From NCBI GenBank assembly GCA_013265495.1, contig MU061538.1, positions 2,065,339 through 2,129,338 of the forward strand: a DNA stretch of 64,000 nt. The letters are read 5' to 3'. Numbering within the stretch: position 1 is the first letter of the stretch; each line of letters begins with the position of its first letter. The stretch is from Vicugna vicugna (Eukaryota). Shown here one piece after another: positions 47,354-60,019 of the stretch. A program made the translations under genes and the position numbers. The notes below the pieces were generated by a model that saw only the letters and a program-made list of their open reading frames with translations, searched no databases and was not told the origin of the DNA.

Positions 47354-48479
47354 AAAGGAAAAAATAGAAATCCAGAGAGGTGTGTTCCAGGAAGGAGAGT
47401 CAGCGGAGACAAAGACCAGCTCATGTCTGCAGGACACAGTGATGTGGGGCCATGCAGACCTGGGGAGAGGTTCGGTAGGTGCCAAGGAGACCCTGCAAGT
47501 GTGGACAAGGAGGGGAGGAAGGGGCTGGAGGAGAACGTGGTCTGGAGGGGTCTTCTTTTGCTTTCTAAGTGAGAGAGACACACATGTAAATGCTGACAGA
47601 AGCCTCCAGCAGAAAGAGCGACATAGAAAAAGGAGGACAGCGTGTGGGAGATCACCTGAAGAGTCCTGCGGAGGCTGGACAGGTCATCCCTGGAGGGTGC
47701 CCTGCGGAGGAAGGCCAGGGGCCACAGGCGGTGGCGGGCTGGGGCGCTGCCCTCCAGCAGTTTCAGTGTTTCCTGGAGGAGCAGAGGCCACCCGCCCGTG
47801 CAGTGAGGGCAGAGCTGGTTAGAAGTAAGCACAGCTCCTTTCAGTGCTGAGAGCCTCCTTGAGGTCTGGACGGATTTCACACGGTCTGCAGGGGGGTGTG
47901 ATGGTTCCTCTGCTACCACCTGGGGTTTTCCAGGTGGGACAAAAGGACACTGGGACAAGGCAGGTGAGCATATTGGTAGCTGATGGGGTCTCAGAGCCCC
48001 AGCAGGGCAGGCAGGCAGCAGAGGGGAGGCCGGCAGGGGACGGGCACCTCCTGTGCTCTCGGGAGGAAGAACCGTGCAGAATGCCATGAGGACCCGGTGT
48101 CAGCTCTGCGGTGCAGGGATCTTTACTTGCCCACTGGTGTAACCCAGGCACTTGCTCGTTTGTTCCTGGACACACAGTCTGGAGGAGAAGCGCCCCCGGT
48201 CACACAGGAGGCGTTATGAATGTGTGGTTTCAGAGGCCAGCAGCTGCAGATGATGACAAAGTCACAGCGTGGCCCTGGGGTTAGGTGACTGCATTGGTGT
48301 CGAGCGAGTCACCAGGGCCCTGCAGGTCAGGGGATGGAGAGGCCAAGGTCCGGACGGGTCATGCTTGTGGAGGACAAAGGCTGATGGCAGGTTTGGGATG
48401 TGGAGGCAGACGGGATGTCGGGTCCCCAGGTCCCGGGGAATGAAGGCAGTGACTCAGAGAACAGCAAGTGGCTGTGGCA

Positions 48480-48870
48480 GCGAGGGTGCGCTGGATTGGA
48501 TCATGTCCCCCAGATCGTGTCCTTTTCAGGACCTCAGAGCACAGCCCTATTTGGAAAGTGGGTCATCACAGCTGTGAGTAGTCAAGCGGAGGTCACCCGG
48601 AGTCTAGCTGGCCCTGAATCCAGTATGACAGGACGGGGCCTCGGAGCGATGGAGGCAGAGGTCAAGTGCTCAGCTCCAGGCCAGGGGATGTGAGGATGGC
48701 CGGAGCCCCCGGGGGCTTCCGGGGGCGGGAAGCCTCCTCCCCTAGGGCCGCCAGAGCGAGCCTGGTGTTCACGGCCCCTGGGTTCCAACTTCTAGCCTGT
48801 AGAACTGAGAATAAGCTCTGTTGTTTGAAGCCGCCCAGCTTGGGTGGACGTTACAGACCGTGGACTAAGG
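48480..48870 (+). mobile_element. MaLR LTR (MLT1-like)
   Basis: gtccttttcaggacctcagagcacagccctatttggaaagtgggtc...ttctagcctgtagaactgagaataagctctgttgtttgaagccgcccagcttgggtggac. Confidence 0.75.
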
Positions 48871-49439
48871 TCCGTGGGAGAGCGGGCGTCCCCACCTCGG
48901 CCAGCAGCCCAGCGGTGTCCACGGGGGAGGCTGGTTTTGCCAAGGCCTGGAGTGTGGAAGCACCTGGGGAAGAGGCCAGGTCTGTAGGCGAGTTCACTGT
49001 CAAGAACGGGGTTTCTGGGGTGAAGGGGGCGTAGCCGGGAGGGAGGATGTGGAGCTGGGAAGCAGAGTGGGCGGGGGACAGCGTCTGAGGTCGTCGTGCT
49101 CACGGCCTGTTTTCCTTGGTTATTGCCCAAAATACAGCCTCTGTTGTTTAATCGTCACAGGCACCAGAAAGGAGGTGTCATTTGCGACGTTGCAGGTGCA
49201 GCTGCTGAGTCCTGAGCTGAGAAGTGTGCTCAGAGCTGTTGGGTGCATGAAGTAGCGTCAGAGCAGGGGTTCAAATCCTGGTCCTTCTGAGCCGAAAGCT
49301 ACTGCCCTCCCTGCCCCCCACCCCCATTGTTTGCTTTCCACAAGCGCTCACTGAGCATCTGCTGCATACACTGCGCACAGAGGCTCGGCTCCTGCCTGTG
49401 TCCTGCGGGCTTGCGAGCTCCCAGAGAAGGACGTCGCGT

Positions 49440-49790
49440 GGGTTTCCTGACGCTGGGCTGGCAGATTGTCCTAAACTTGGTGGCTTGAGACAATGCACAT
49501 TTTCTCAGGAGGTCAGACACCAAGCAGGCTTCTGTGAGTTAAAGTCACGGGGTCGGCAGGCTGTGTTCCTCCTGGAGGCTCGGGGAGACCCCCAACTCCT
49601 CGGTTCGCGGCCGCTGCCGTGTATCACTCCCTCCTTCCCATATGAGGACCCTCGTGTGACACAGGACCCGCCTGGGTGACCCAGGAGAATCCCCCCATCT
49701 CAAGAGCCTTGACTCGACCACACGTGCAGAGTCCCCTTGGCACGTGGGATACCGCGGTCACAGGCTCACGAGGTCAGACGTCGACAAACG
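49440..49790 (-). mobile_element. MaLR LTR (MLT1-like)
   Basis: aaacttggtggcttgagacaatgcacattttctcaggaggtcaga...ggctgtgttcctcctggaggctcgggg...aggacccgcctgggtgacccaggagaatcccccca. Confidence 0.75.
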
Positions 49791-51559
49791 GGAGGAGCCC
49801 TGTGTCCTGCTGCCCGAGACACAGGGCCACCGTCCGCCGCATCCCGGCAGGTTTCCTTGTAGAGGTTCATGCAGAGGGCCCCTCGGGGGTGTGGCGCTCC
49901 AGCCTGTCCAATCACAGGGAGGAAGAGGAAGGGGGGCTTTGGCGTGAGCACCCCAAATGTCGGAGCATGGCTGGCCAGTCGGTAGGGCATCTAGACAAGT
50001 GGGGGAAGTTCGTGTGGCCAAACCCGAGGCCATGCTGTGTGGCTTAGCCCTTATACCCAGGGCTGATGTCTGCAGAAGCCCCTTTTCCCTGGGGAGAAGG
50101 AGGGATTTGTCATCACTTGCAGCAGTAAGGGGAGCGCTAGGGACCTGTCCCAAAGCAGCGCCTCCCTCTGCGACCCTTGTGATCACATGTTCCCGTTGGT
50201 TACACCCGGCTTGGCTGTCACCCTAAATGTGTGTGTCAGTGTGTCTGTGAATTGCACGTGTATGGCTGTGCTGACATCGCGCATACGTTACAAGATACAT
50301 AAAAACCAGGTGTTTACAGACAGAACCCCTGGGTTGTCGCTGGACACACGACCTCGTCTCCCAGGCTCCCGTGTGCCCAGGCGTGGTCACAGGGCTGACG
50401 CCATGCGAGCAGATGAGCCACTGGCAACTTCTGGGTCCTCTCTTTGAGGACAGAGTGCCTTCCTGAGTCCTGTTTTGGTCTCCCTGTGTTCCTGTAACAG
50501 AGACCAGACGACACTGTGGGGACGGAGGAGCCACAGGCCCTGTACAGTGACCCTGAAGCACAGTCCACCCGCGTCCAGACGGCTCCAGGAGAGACATCTC
50601 AGCCAGGTGGCTGTTGTCGCCCCTTGCAGCCGCCTGGATTTCAGCCTGGTAAGTACATAGTGTTCAAGGTTGTGTTTAAGCTCGGGTTGCGTTTACTCAG
50701 GACTTGGCCGTGAGATGTGCAACAAGCCCTGCCTGGAGGAAGGACGCTCACGGCCCCTTCCTACCTCCTTTTCAGGGAGCCGTGGAGGTTTTATCACCAT
50801 CATCGTTACTATTATACACAGCAGCGTAAGGACACGGGGTATGAAGCAGCATTTAAGGCGTGATGACCTGTGAGCCTTGCCAGGAGCTGCAGGGCCAGCC
50901 TCGGACTGAGGTCCGCCACCGTCTGCACAGTGGTGTGACCCACGTGCGCCACCTGGACACCATGTTGGCCGGTGGCCTGCAGGGGACAGTCTGGCTGAGC
51001 GAAGGTGCCGTGGGTGACCTGAATGCTGAAAGTTTACAGGACTGGATTTCTTAGAAGTCTGTGCAGCCCTGGGGTGCCTGCTGCTCCAGGCGTGGGGCAC
51101 CCCGGGAGCTCGGGAGTCATGCTCTCGTTTGCTTTGGAAGATGGTCAGACCGGCCACGGACCGGAGGTGCCGAGACCAGGTGCAGCACGGACTGTCCTCA
51201 GAGACGGGCCCACAACCATGCCCTCAGGTGCGCCCGCTCCACCGGCTCCGGGGCGAAACGGCCCCCTGCTGCTGGTCTCCAGATGTCTCGCGTCCCTCGT
51301 TTGTTCCCTTCACCCCGGCCACCCCTCTCAGTAGTATTTTCAGCAAAGCTTCTGTGTTAATGCTGTCCGTCCGGGCGAACTGTGATTCCTGCTGGGACGT
51401 GGCGCTACCACCACCACCGCTACCTGCCCCACTCCCGCTCCCGGCAAGAGGCTTCCAGAAATCTCCGAGAGGGCCGCAAGCCAGTGCTCTCAGTCCAGGT
51501 TACCCGGGATGACACTGATGTTCTGAGAACTGTCCCCAAGGCCTCATCAAGGCTGCTGT

Positions 51560-52330
51560 GGTGCTCAGGCCTCGCAGGAGATGGGGTGGCGCGGCCCAGC
51601 CGCCGGGCGCCGCAAGTCGAGGGGCGAGGGCCGCAGCAGGCGGCCGCGGTAGCGGCAGGGAAGCCCCAGGTGTGTCCTCCCGCTGCGCTGCGTCAGTGGG
51701 CCCGCTCGGGTGACGAGGCGGGGAGCCGTAGGTCAGGGTGTGAGCAGGGCCGCCCTACCTCCAAGGGTCCCCGTGGAGAACCCCGCCTGCGGCTCCCTGC
51801 TGCGGGGCCCTGGCCGCACGGCGGCTCCGCCCGAGCCCTGCGCCTGCCGCCGCGCGGCGCCGGCCTGCCGTGTGTCCGTGCCCTCGCGCGGGGCCCTTCC
51901 CGCCGCTCGCTCTCCTTACGAGCGCGCCAGTCACAACGGCTCAAGGGCCCGCCCTGCTCCGGTGTGGCCTCCTCGCAGCTAGCTCCATCTGCAGCCGCCC
52001 CACTTCCACACCAGGCGCCGTCACAGGTGCCGGCGGTCAGGACCTGGCGTGCCCTCTGGAGGACTCAGTCACATCACCCAGGACCCGCGCCATCGACGGC
52101 GGGCGCGGCGCCTGGGAGGCCAGGGCGCACGGCCTGCTAATGGAGGCCAGGCGGCTGGCCGCGCTCAGGGTGACCGGGCTGGCGTGCACCGAGTGCAGAG
52201 AACACGTTTATCAAGAGCCCTGAAAACACTGTGGGAATTTCACTGGGATAAAACCTTTAATAAAGAACTTACGGAGGGTGAAAGTAGAAAATGCCCGGGC
52301 AGGCCGCCTTACCACTGTTCGCGCGTGTTC
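51560..52330. promoter_or_regulatory. Orphan CpG-rich island ~9.5 kb upstream of INSIG1
   Basis: Visibly high CpG density (e.g. gcgcctgccgccgcgcggcgccggcc; gacggcgggcgcggcgcc). No recognisable protein in its ORFs. Confidence 0.5.
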
Positions 52331-52627
52331 TCTATTCTGTCAGTACCTCGTGTTCGTGCAGGAAACGCAAGTAAAAACAGGAAAATAAAAGTCGCCCCAA
52401 ATCCCCAAACCCAGAGGTGGTCACGGACAGCGTTTTGGTGTTTAAACGACCGGACCCTTCTACGTGTATAATTACACATGCAAGTTTGCCGACGAGATTT
52501 CACTATTAGGACTAGACTGCTCGTGATGTTCTGTCTTGTGTCTCAGTTTACCCCTCCCCATAACAAACCAGGGCGAACATCGTTCAGGATCAGAAACAGA
52601 CCTTCTCAACATGTTTCCTGCTGCATT

Positions 52628-52628
<1 letters not shown>

Positions 52629-52662
<34 letters not shown>
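52629..52662. repeat. (GT)17 microsatellite
   Basis: Uninterrupted GT run. Confidence 0.97.
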
Positions 52663-52665
<3 letters not shown>

Positions 52666-53899
52666 TGAGTGATTTCTTAACCTGTCTCATCACTGGACGT
52701 TTATAGACAGCCTCGTATTTTTCAGCTTCATAAAGCTTCAGCAAATGTCTTCATAGCTAAATACTTAAACACATCTTCATCCTTTTTCCTTAGGATAAAT
52801 TCCAACGTGGTCTTCTGATAAAAATAATTCAATTGCACATCCAGCCAAAAGTGTGCAGTTCTTGACCTCATGTCACCAGTCAGTCTGAGTCTGACTGTGG
52901 AACTGATACTCCTTATCTGTCCTCGTTTCTGGGGCTGTGCCCCCGGTTCCTCACATGTAAGCATGGTGTCATTAGCGCTCACCTCTCCAGGCTCCTTCAT
53001 CCTCTGTCCATCAGTCGGGGGACAAATGGCACCTGTTCTTACTGTCATTCACAATGCCTTCCTGTTTGCCTGTCCTGTTTTGTTTTTTTAAATCAGAGCT
53101 GAGCTTAAATCACTTACACTGTGGTTTAACCAGAAACACTTCAACTGCTTATGCTTTTCAATGTTCAGTTGCTGTTTTAAAATAAGAGTGTGTAAAGCTC
53201 GTGGCTGCTGATGAACAGGATAGGCACACCTCACCGGATTTCGTTTGCTTTTGTTACGTATTTAATTTTGCTGAAAAGTAATTTAATCTGCTAATGGAAT
53301 CTTCCTTTCTGCAATAAGAAAAAATTGGGGGAATTGTAGTTTAGTAATTATAGTTAGTATTGGACTAATTTCCTCCGCAGAGACGGGGGGTTTTGGGTTA
53401 AAAATTTCTGTATTTTAAGAGCTGAGCCTCATCCTTCTTCAAATTCAGGGTCATTGCTATTCTCTGATGAGAGGGTCGCTCCCAAGGGGGAAAGGACCAC
53501 GAGGAGTTTGGTGTCGGATGCCCTGTGACCTCACCGATGGAGGAGATGACCCCCACCTCTAAGCGAGGGGGACCACCTCTAGAGCACCCACTGCCGTGCG
53601 GGGGCAGTAGGTGTCAGCCTACCTGCTTGACCCGCCAGCAGCTGAACCCAGTAAGCCTTTCACAACCAGACTTAGCACCACAAACCCACCTGCAAGTTTC
53701 TACTTCCTGTAACAGTAGCGAGGGGTGGGGAGCAGACAGCTTCCTTCTGATTGGCTGGGATCCCTGATCACAAGAGTGGGAAGGGTTTTTCTCTTGATCC
53801 ATGGGCGACGGGTACAGAACATGCCCAGGGGCTGCTGACACGGAGCCCGGTGCCTGTGTGCGGACACGCACCAGTCCGCCTCTCCCTGCTGTCTGCCGA

Positions 53900-54720
53900 G
53901 TCTTGCTGCACATACTTCAGAGCTCTTTTGTTAAGCTCATACACTTTTATGACTGTTAGGACCTCGTGATAAATTGACACTTTCATTATTATGAAATGTC
54001 CCTCTTTATTTCCAGTGATACCTTGTCTTCACGTGTCTTAGATCTGATGTTAATATAGTGACAAATGGTGTGCCTTCCCCCATCCTTTTGCTTTCAGCTT
54101 ATCTGTGTATTTACATTTTTTTAAAAAACAAACTCTGGTCCCAACTTGATTGATCTCCTTTATTTATTTTGTTTATTTAATGGAGATGCTGGGGATTGGA
54201 CCCAGGACCCCCGTGCATGCTAAGGGCACGTGCTCTACCACTGAGCTCTACCCACACCCCTCTGTGCATCTACATTAAAAGTGCGTCGCTTGTAGACAGC
54301 ATATCACTGGGTCTCCCTTTTTTACATTCACTCTGAGTATCTCTGCCTTTCTTCGGAGAGTCTTATTCTCTACATTGACTGTAACTATTGATAGGACAGG
54401 AAGTCTGTCCTTTTGCTATTTGTCTTCTGATTGTCTTATTTTTGAGTTGATTTTTAGAATTCCATTTTAACTTATCTATTGTCTTCTGGAGCTATGTCTG
54501 TTTTGCTTTTTTCCCCTGTGGTTGCTTTAGGGGTAACAGTGTACATCCTTCACTTGTCTCTGTCTCTTTAGAGTTAACATTGTATCATTTCACATAAATG
54601 TAAAAGCTTTGCAACTGTAAAAAAACAACCTGTTTGCCCCAGCCTACTTAAGCTACAGTTGTGTGACGTTTACACCGATATGGTTGTGGTTGTCTGAGCA
54701 GCTACATTATAAGGAAGAGG
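53900..54720 (-). mobile_element. Ancient L1 internal fragment, interrupted by a SINE
   Basis: gataaattgacactttcattattatgaaatgtccctctttattt...ctgatgttaatatag...cttgtagacagcatatcactggg...ccattttaacttatctatt resembles antisense old L1. Confidence 0.65.
54158..54260 (-). mobile_element. Camelid tRNA-derived SINE
   Basis: tttatttaatggagatgctggggattggacccaggacc...gtgcatgctaagggcacgtgctctaccactgagctctaccc. Confidence 0.88.
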
Positions 54721-56089
54721 AGGCGCCCACTTCTGGGGTGCACCTGGCTCCTCGCGCCATGGCCTCTCAGCCCTCCTGCTCTTTACCTGGCCACAGCTCT
54801 TTGTAATTGGCGCCCTGAGAGCCGTAGGCAGGGCTGGGGATCTCGGACAGACCTGTGACAGCGACACAATCGGGGCACAGAGTGCCTGCAAAGGGGGCTT
54901 TTCTGCCCCCACCTGGCGTTTGGGAAGCTTGTCTCTGAAACTCATGTGGTTGATCCAAACTGGTTCTGAAAGGCAGACTGTAAGAAAAGCACCTGAAATG
55001 GAACATTATTTATAAGGCCAGAGAATAATATTGTACTCTTGCAGTCAATACATTTTATTCTTAAACCAGGGCTACTCACGCCTTTGATTCACCAGCAAGG
55101 TGCTACGGAGACGGCTCGTCTTGGAAGACTTGTGTCAAAAAGCAAACCCAGCAACCTGCAAGCAAGTGAAAAGATGAAACTATTAGAGGCATCAAAATAA
55201 TAGGGCAGCCCCTAGGACAGCCATCAATAATGCAGCAGATGGCAAGGGCATTTTTCTCACTAAAGAGAATATCACAGATGCGTTTACTCTGAGCAGGGAA
55301 CAACCCTCCCAGCAGAGGAGGCTGGGCTGCTCAGCAGGGCTGCTTTGAGTCCCTTCTACATAAAACATGGATTTTCATCTTCTGCAAAGCCGTCAGCTTT
55401 CCCAGCTCTTATCTCTGGGTAGCAGAGCAGCGCCGGGAGAAGCTCGCGTCCGCGCCGAGGGTCTTCCCCAGATCCCTGCTCTGGGTGGCTCAGCCCCACG
55501 GCTGGGCGCCCCCACGCCTACCCCTGTCCCGCGGTGTCTGCGGGGTTAACCGCAGCAGCTGCTTCCGGTATCCTGGGCAAGTGATCTCATCCCCGACTTC
55601 ACTAGATGGCATGGAGGCCACCTGACACCCAGAGAGCGCCTCCGTTTTCCTCCTCCCCGACTCAGCTTTTGTCAACATCCCCCTGCTCTGCGTGGAGACG
55701 GCCCCAGTAACCCGCCTACTTGCTTGCATTTTCAAAACCTCTCTTTCTGCTGGTTTCTACATTTCCGATTTCCCTTAACTTGAAGATAGTTGGTACAGGC
55801 TTCTTTCTTCAAGAGACTTTTCAAAATTTCCTTCCCCTTTGTGAAAAGGTGGCCAGTTGTTAGTTTAATTTAAACCAGTCTATTTAGGAAAGATAAAATG
55901 AGTTCCCCCTAAAAAAAAAAGTGAAGGCCCACTCCAAGGCCATACTTGGTGAAAGCACGTAAGAATTGTTCAGTTTTGTTGTGGGCAGTGACAGACCTCT
56001 TTTAACAGCAGTGGGTTTTTCCTTGCATAAAAAAGGCGAAAGAGTAGGAAATCCAGCATCTCCACCAAGTATTTATCGAGTCTCATTTA

Positions 56090-56280
56090 ATGCACTGCTT
56101 CTCAAATTCCGACATGAATGCAGATTCCCAGGGGATCCTGTTAAAGTGCAGATTCGGACGCCTGGGTCTGGGGTGGGGCCCGAGACTCGGCGTTCCTAGC
56201 AAGCCCCCAGGTGGTGTGGACCCAGGTCTACAGGGCTCTAAGCTGGGGCCACGTCCAGTGACTGGCACACTAAACCACTG
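56090..56280. mobile_element. MER5A-like DNA transposon remnant
   Basis: cttctcaaatt...gaatgcagattcccaggggatcctgttaaagtgcagattc...ggtctggggtggggcccgaga. Confidence 0.7.
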
Positions 56281-56679
56281 TCCGTCTACTTGGAAACACT
56301 GAGAATTCCCCAAATGTCTTTTATTATTAGAGCCTTAATTTTCAGCTCTTGTTGTGGAATAAGGCAGCATTTCATAACTGTTTTTGCTGAATATGTAACT
56401 GGTTTTCAACACAGAACACTGATGCTAGTAAATCATGGTTGAAAATGGTTTCAGCTTGATTTTGTCAGTAACGGTTCAATCACTGACCAGCGTAACCACC
56501 ATCTTAACCAGAGAGAAGCCTGTGGCTTTAGTGGGGATGAAAATGGTTGATTACAAGTACCAGTGACAAGGATCAAACCACGGGGAGTGTAAACCGATGT
56601 TTGACGGGAGCAGTGTTTACCTCAGACCTGCCTTACACGGAAAGCCAGAAACCTCATTTGTATCAGGCCAGAGGTGCTC

Positions 56680-56865
56680 AAACTTGAGACTGCACTGGTG
56701 GGGCAGGGGTGTGTGTGTGTGAAAATGCGGGTCTCTGGGCCTCACCCACCCTCAGCTGGTCTGATCCGGAGGGTGGGGTCCCAGCATTTGCATCTCTGGA
56801 AAGTCCCAGAAGATGCTGACTGGCTCCCTGAACCACAGCTTGAGATGCACGGCCTCAGACCGTTC
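56680..56865. mobile_element. MER5A-like DNA transposon remnant
   Basis: gtgctcaaacttgagactgcac...aaaatgcgggtctctgggcctcaccc...cagcatttgcatctctggaaagtcccagaagatgctga. Confidence 0.65.
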
Positions 56866-57289
56866 GTTCAGGCTGGCATCTTACAGGGAACCTGGGGGGT
56901 GCCCTGCCATCTCCTGCCCAGGGGCTCTGGGCGCTCGTTTGGGTGCTGGACACTGCATTGTGGCTTAAGCTGCTAGTTTACTTAACATATTCCTGTTTCC
57001 ATAGCTTTTCTCAAAAAGCTCTAAACACTTTATTAATGGTGTCAGACATGAGATCCTTGCCAAGGAACCAGAGAAGCATGTCTAATGTAGAAGAGTCCAC
57101 ACTTCCCCCTCCAGCCGGGAGAACGTAGCAAGAGCGAGACTTCTCTCTCCTTAGTGACCACCCCCCACCCCAAATATGTGCTAGAGTCATCTTTAGTGTG
57201 TGTCATCTGACTGACCAGAACCATCTTTGGTCTGTCATTAAGGAAGTGTGTGAGTGTGTTTAATTTTAAAGGCAGTGTGATGTGGGCAC

Positions 57290-57400
57290 AGTCCAGTCTC
57301 CGGATCACAAGTTCTGAGTTCTGGTTCTGACTCAGCCGCTCATCATGGGACCTGGAATAAGTTATAATCTTCTCTGAACTTCAGTTTCCTCAAACAGGGG
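57290..57400 (+). mobile_element. MIR remnant
   Basis: gttctggttctgactcagcc...ggaataagttataatcttctctgaacttcagtttcctca. Confidence 0.6.
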
Positions 57401-60019
57401 GAGACAACCCAGAAAGCATCAGATGATGCTGAAGATCATCTCCAGCTCTGAGAGTCTGACTTGCCCACTCCTCCCATTCTTGCCTTTGGATGTTTTAAGC
57501 ATTTTTGCATAAACTCACAGAAAGAAGACATAAGAATATATGTGTGTGTATAATTAAAATACTGAAAAATTTTAAGTAAGGCTAGAAATATTTTTATGAT
57601 CTTGTGCTTGAGCAGTAAACGCACTGTGTCCCACATGTTGGATTTGAACTCTGTGGTAGCGCGAGTCCCTCACTGCCTTGTCTGCTCCCCGCTCTTTCGA
57701 TGGAATTGTCTCAACCATATTAAATAGATGCAGGCGCACAGACTGGCTCCTGCACTCGCCAGTGTGTACCATCAGGCAGGCCTCAGAGCTCTCCTAGGAC
57801 TTCATCTCTGTCTGGTCCTGCACCCCACCCGGGGGCGGACACCTGGGGAGGTACCGCCAAACCCCTGCCGGCCTGCTGCAGCCCCCAGCCCTGCTCTGCT
57901 GTCTCTCAAAAATGTAGCTGCAGAAATAAAAGCTCCTCTAATGCCGCAGAGCAGGTTTGCTGGATCAAACATGACTGCTCCGTAGGCACTTGATGGTTTG
58001 AGCCAAGCTGGAGGACGGGCGTCTGCCTGTATGTGTCCGGCAGGTGGTCACGCTTGCTGTCGTCTCTCTGGTCATGACCTGCGGCTGCTGCGTCAGAGCG
58101 TTCGTTTGGCTCAGCATTACTGATTGATTGACCCTGTGGTGTCCCTTTCCTGAGCTGGGAAAGCATCCACACAGCAAATTCAAGAAAGGATGCCTTCCAG
58201 GAGCTGACCACAGAGGCCCTCTTCCTGGGGAGCCCAGCACGCTGCTGGGAGGTGCGCTGCGCGTGCCCCTGTGGATGATGGCGGGGCGGGGGCTCTGCCC
58301 TGGGGGTGCGCGGGTCTGCTCTTCCCACTGCTGCTTTCTCCTTTCTGTGAAGGCAAGCTAGTGACTCTGTAATTGGAAGGTTTGAAAACAGTGCCGTTCG
58401 GACTTACGTGTTCCTCCACATCCCCCAGGGATCTGTTAGCCTGCAGGTTCTCATCAGGCAGGTCTCTGGGGACCCCAGTCTGCGTTCTAGCGAGCTCCAG
58501 GCGCCGTGCCTGCCGCTGGTCCCTGGACCACTCTTCGAGCAGCAAGGCTTTGGGAGAGACTGCATTGTAACCCCTTGCATTTCTTCTGACTCGTCTTCTG
58601 GTGCGTGGAAGTCGGCACTATTTTGGTGAGCACAGACTCTTGAATAAAAACGTTCACCCCAAAATATGCATAATGCTGTGCCCCCTCAGCCTGTCTCTTC
58701 TGATTTCTTTCCCTCAGGTCCTGGCAAATCAAGCTGGGAGGGACTAAAGTCTCCTTCCCTGTAATTTATTTCCTTGTGAATTAGGAAGTCAGGAAGAGTG
58801 CCCTGGAATCACCAGCGTGGGGTATATACCAAATGCAATCGAGCAACCAGTCAGCCGGTTACGGGGAGCCCTCTGTGGGCTGGATTCCGTGCTGGGTGTT
58901 GGGAGGGCAGAAACCACACAGTCATGAGCTCCCTCGGTGGAACTGCATTAGGAAACACATAATTATCAGCAGACGTGGACTATTATGACAGAGGTCAGCC
59001 CAGTTTGCCGTGTGCTGTAACATCTTACGCAGCAAAAACCAAGAGTTAACGTGTATTTATTGAAGGTGTGCTCCTGGAACAGAGGCTGGGGGAGCGGTGC
59101 CACGTTTCACGTCCGGCTCGGCTCAGCCGTCCCACCAGGATCCTCCCCGGAGGAGACGGTTTCCCCTTCCTTGCTCTCCTACACGCTCTCTGCTCCCTGA
59201 GCACTTAGTAATCAGTGCCAGGGCTGTGAGATTAGACCATGAACCCTGCGGGAGCGGGTGTGTGTCTTAGTCCCCTGTGGTTCCCCGCAGCACGGCCACA
59301 AAGAGGTGCTCGGAAGAGGCGGGACAGTGTCCACTGGACCCTGGAGCGTGGCGTGAACCGGCTGGACCACAAGGAGGGGGAGCGTTTCCCTCCTGCCCTT
59401 TCCCTGTGGTCTGAGGCCCAGTGACGCGTTCATAGAAGGACACCTCAGAACAAAGTGCCTTCAGGTGGAGAGGCCTTTGGCGTTGGGGTGGGGGTGTCGC
59501 GGGCAGGGAAGTGTTGGCTGCTTCTCGGGACGGAAATGTGTGGGGCCGCTGGGGTGAGTTGGATGTCAGTGACTGAGTTGCAACACAGATGTTACTGACA
59601 TTTGAAGGACGAGTGCTCTTTTCCTAGCCTCAATTGAGAAAAACAAGATATTGATTGATTTCCCAAAGCTTTGGCTGGGCTGAATCTGTTTATTGGTACA
59701 GGATGAACTTGTGCAGCCTCGATTCTGTATCGACATTCACAGATTTAAAATCCTGTTTTCACTTAGAAGAGAGGAGAGGAAACCAGCGGGAAAACACTCA
59801 CCGTTCAACCTGAGTGAAGTTGTCCATTTGGGAGGAACAATTGAAGTTTTCTCACACTTCATAGAGCTTTTCCCCCTCCTTCTTCTTCCAGCCAACTCAA
59901 GGCTCTTCCCATGGCCGAATCCATTCCTTTTCTTTGAGGAATGTCTTAGCCAAGGGTTTTGATTGTTTGAAAATATTTGTTTATTTTTTTAAACTTTATG
60001 TTCATTTTACAATACCATA

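Noticed and set aside
47278-48087. 269-aa minus-strand ORF (same length as INSIG1)
   Set aside because: It has no recognisable domain, and its C-terminus is the antisense translation of the U6 pseudogene. The length match is a coincidence.
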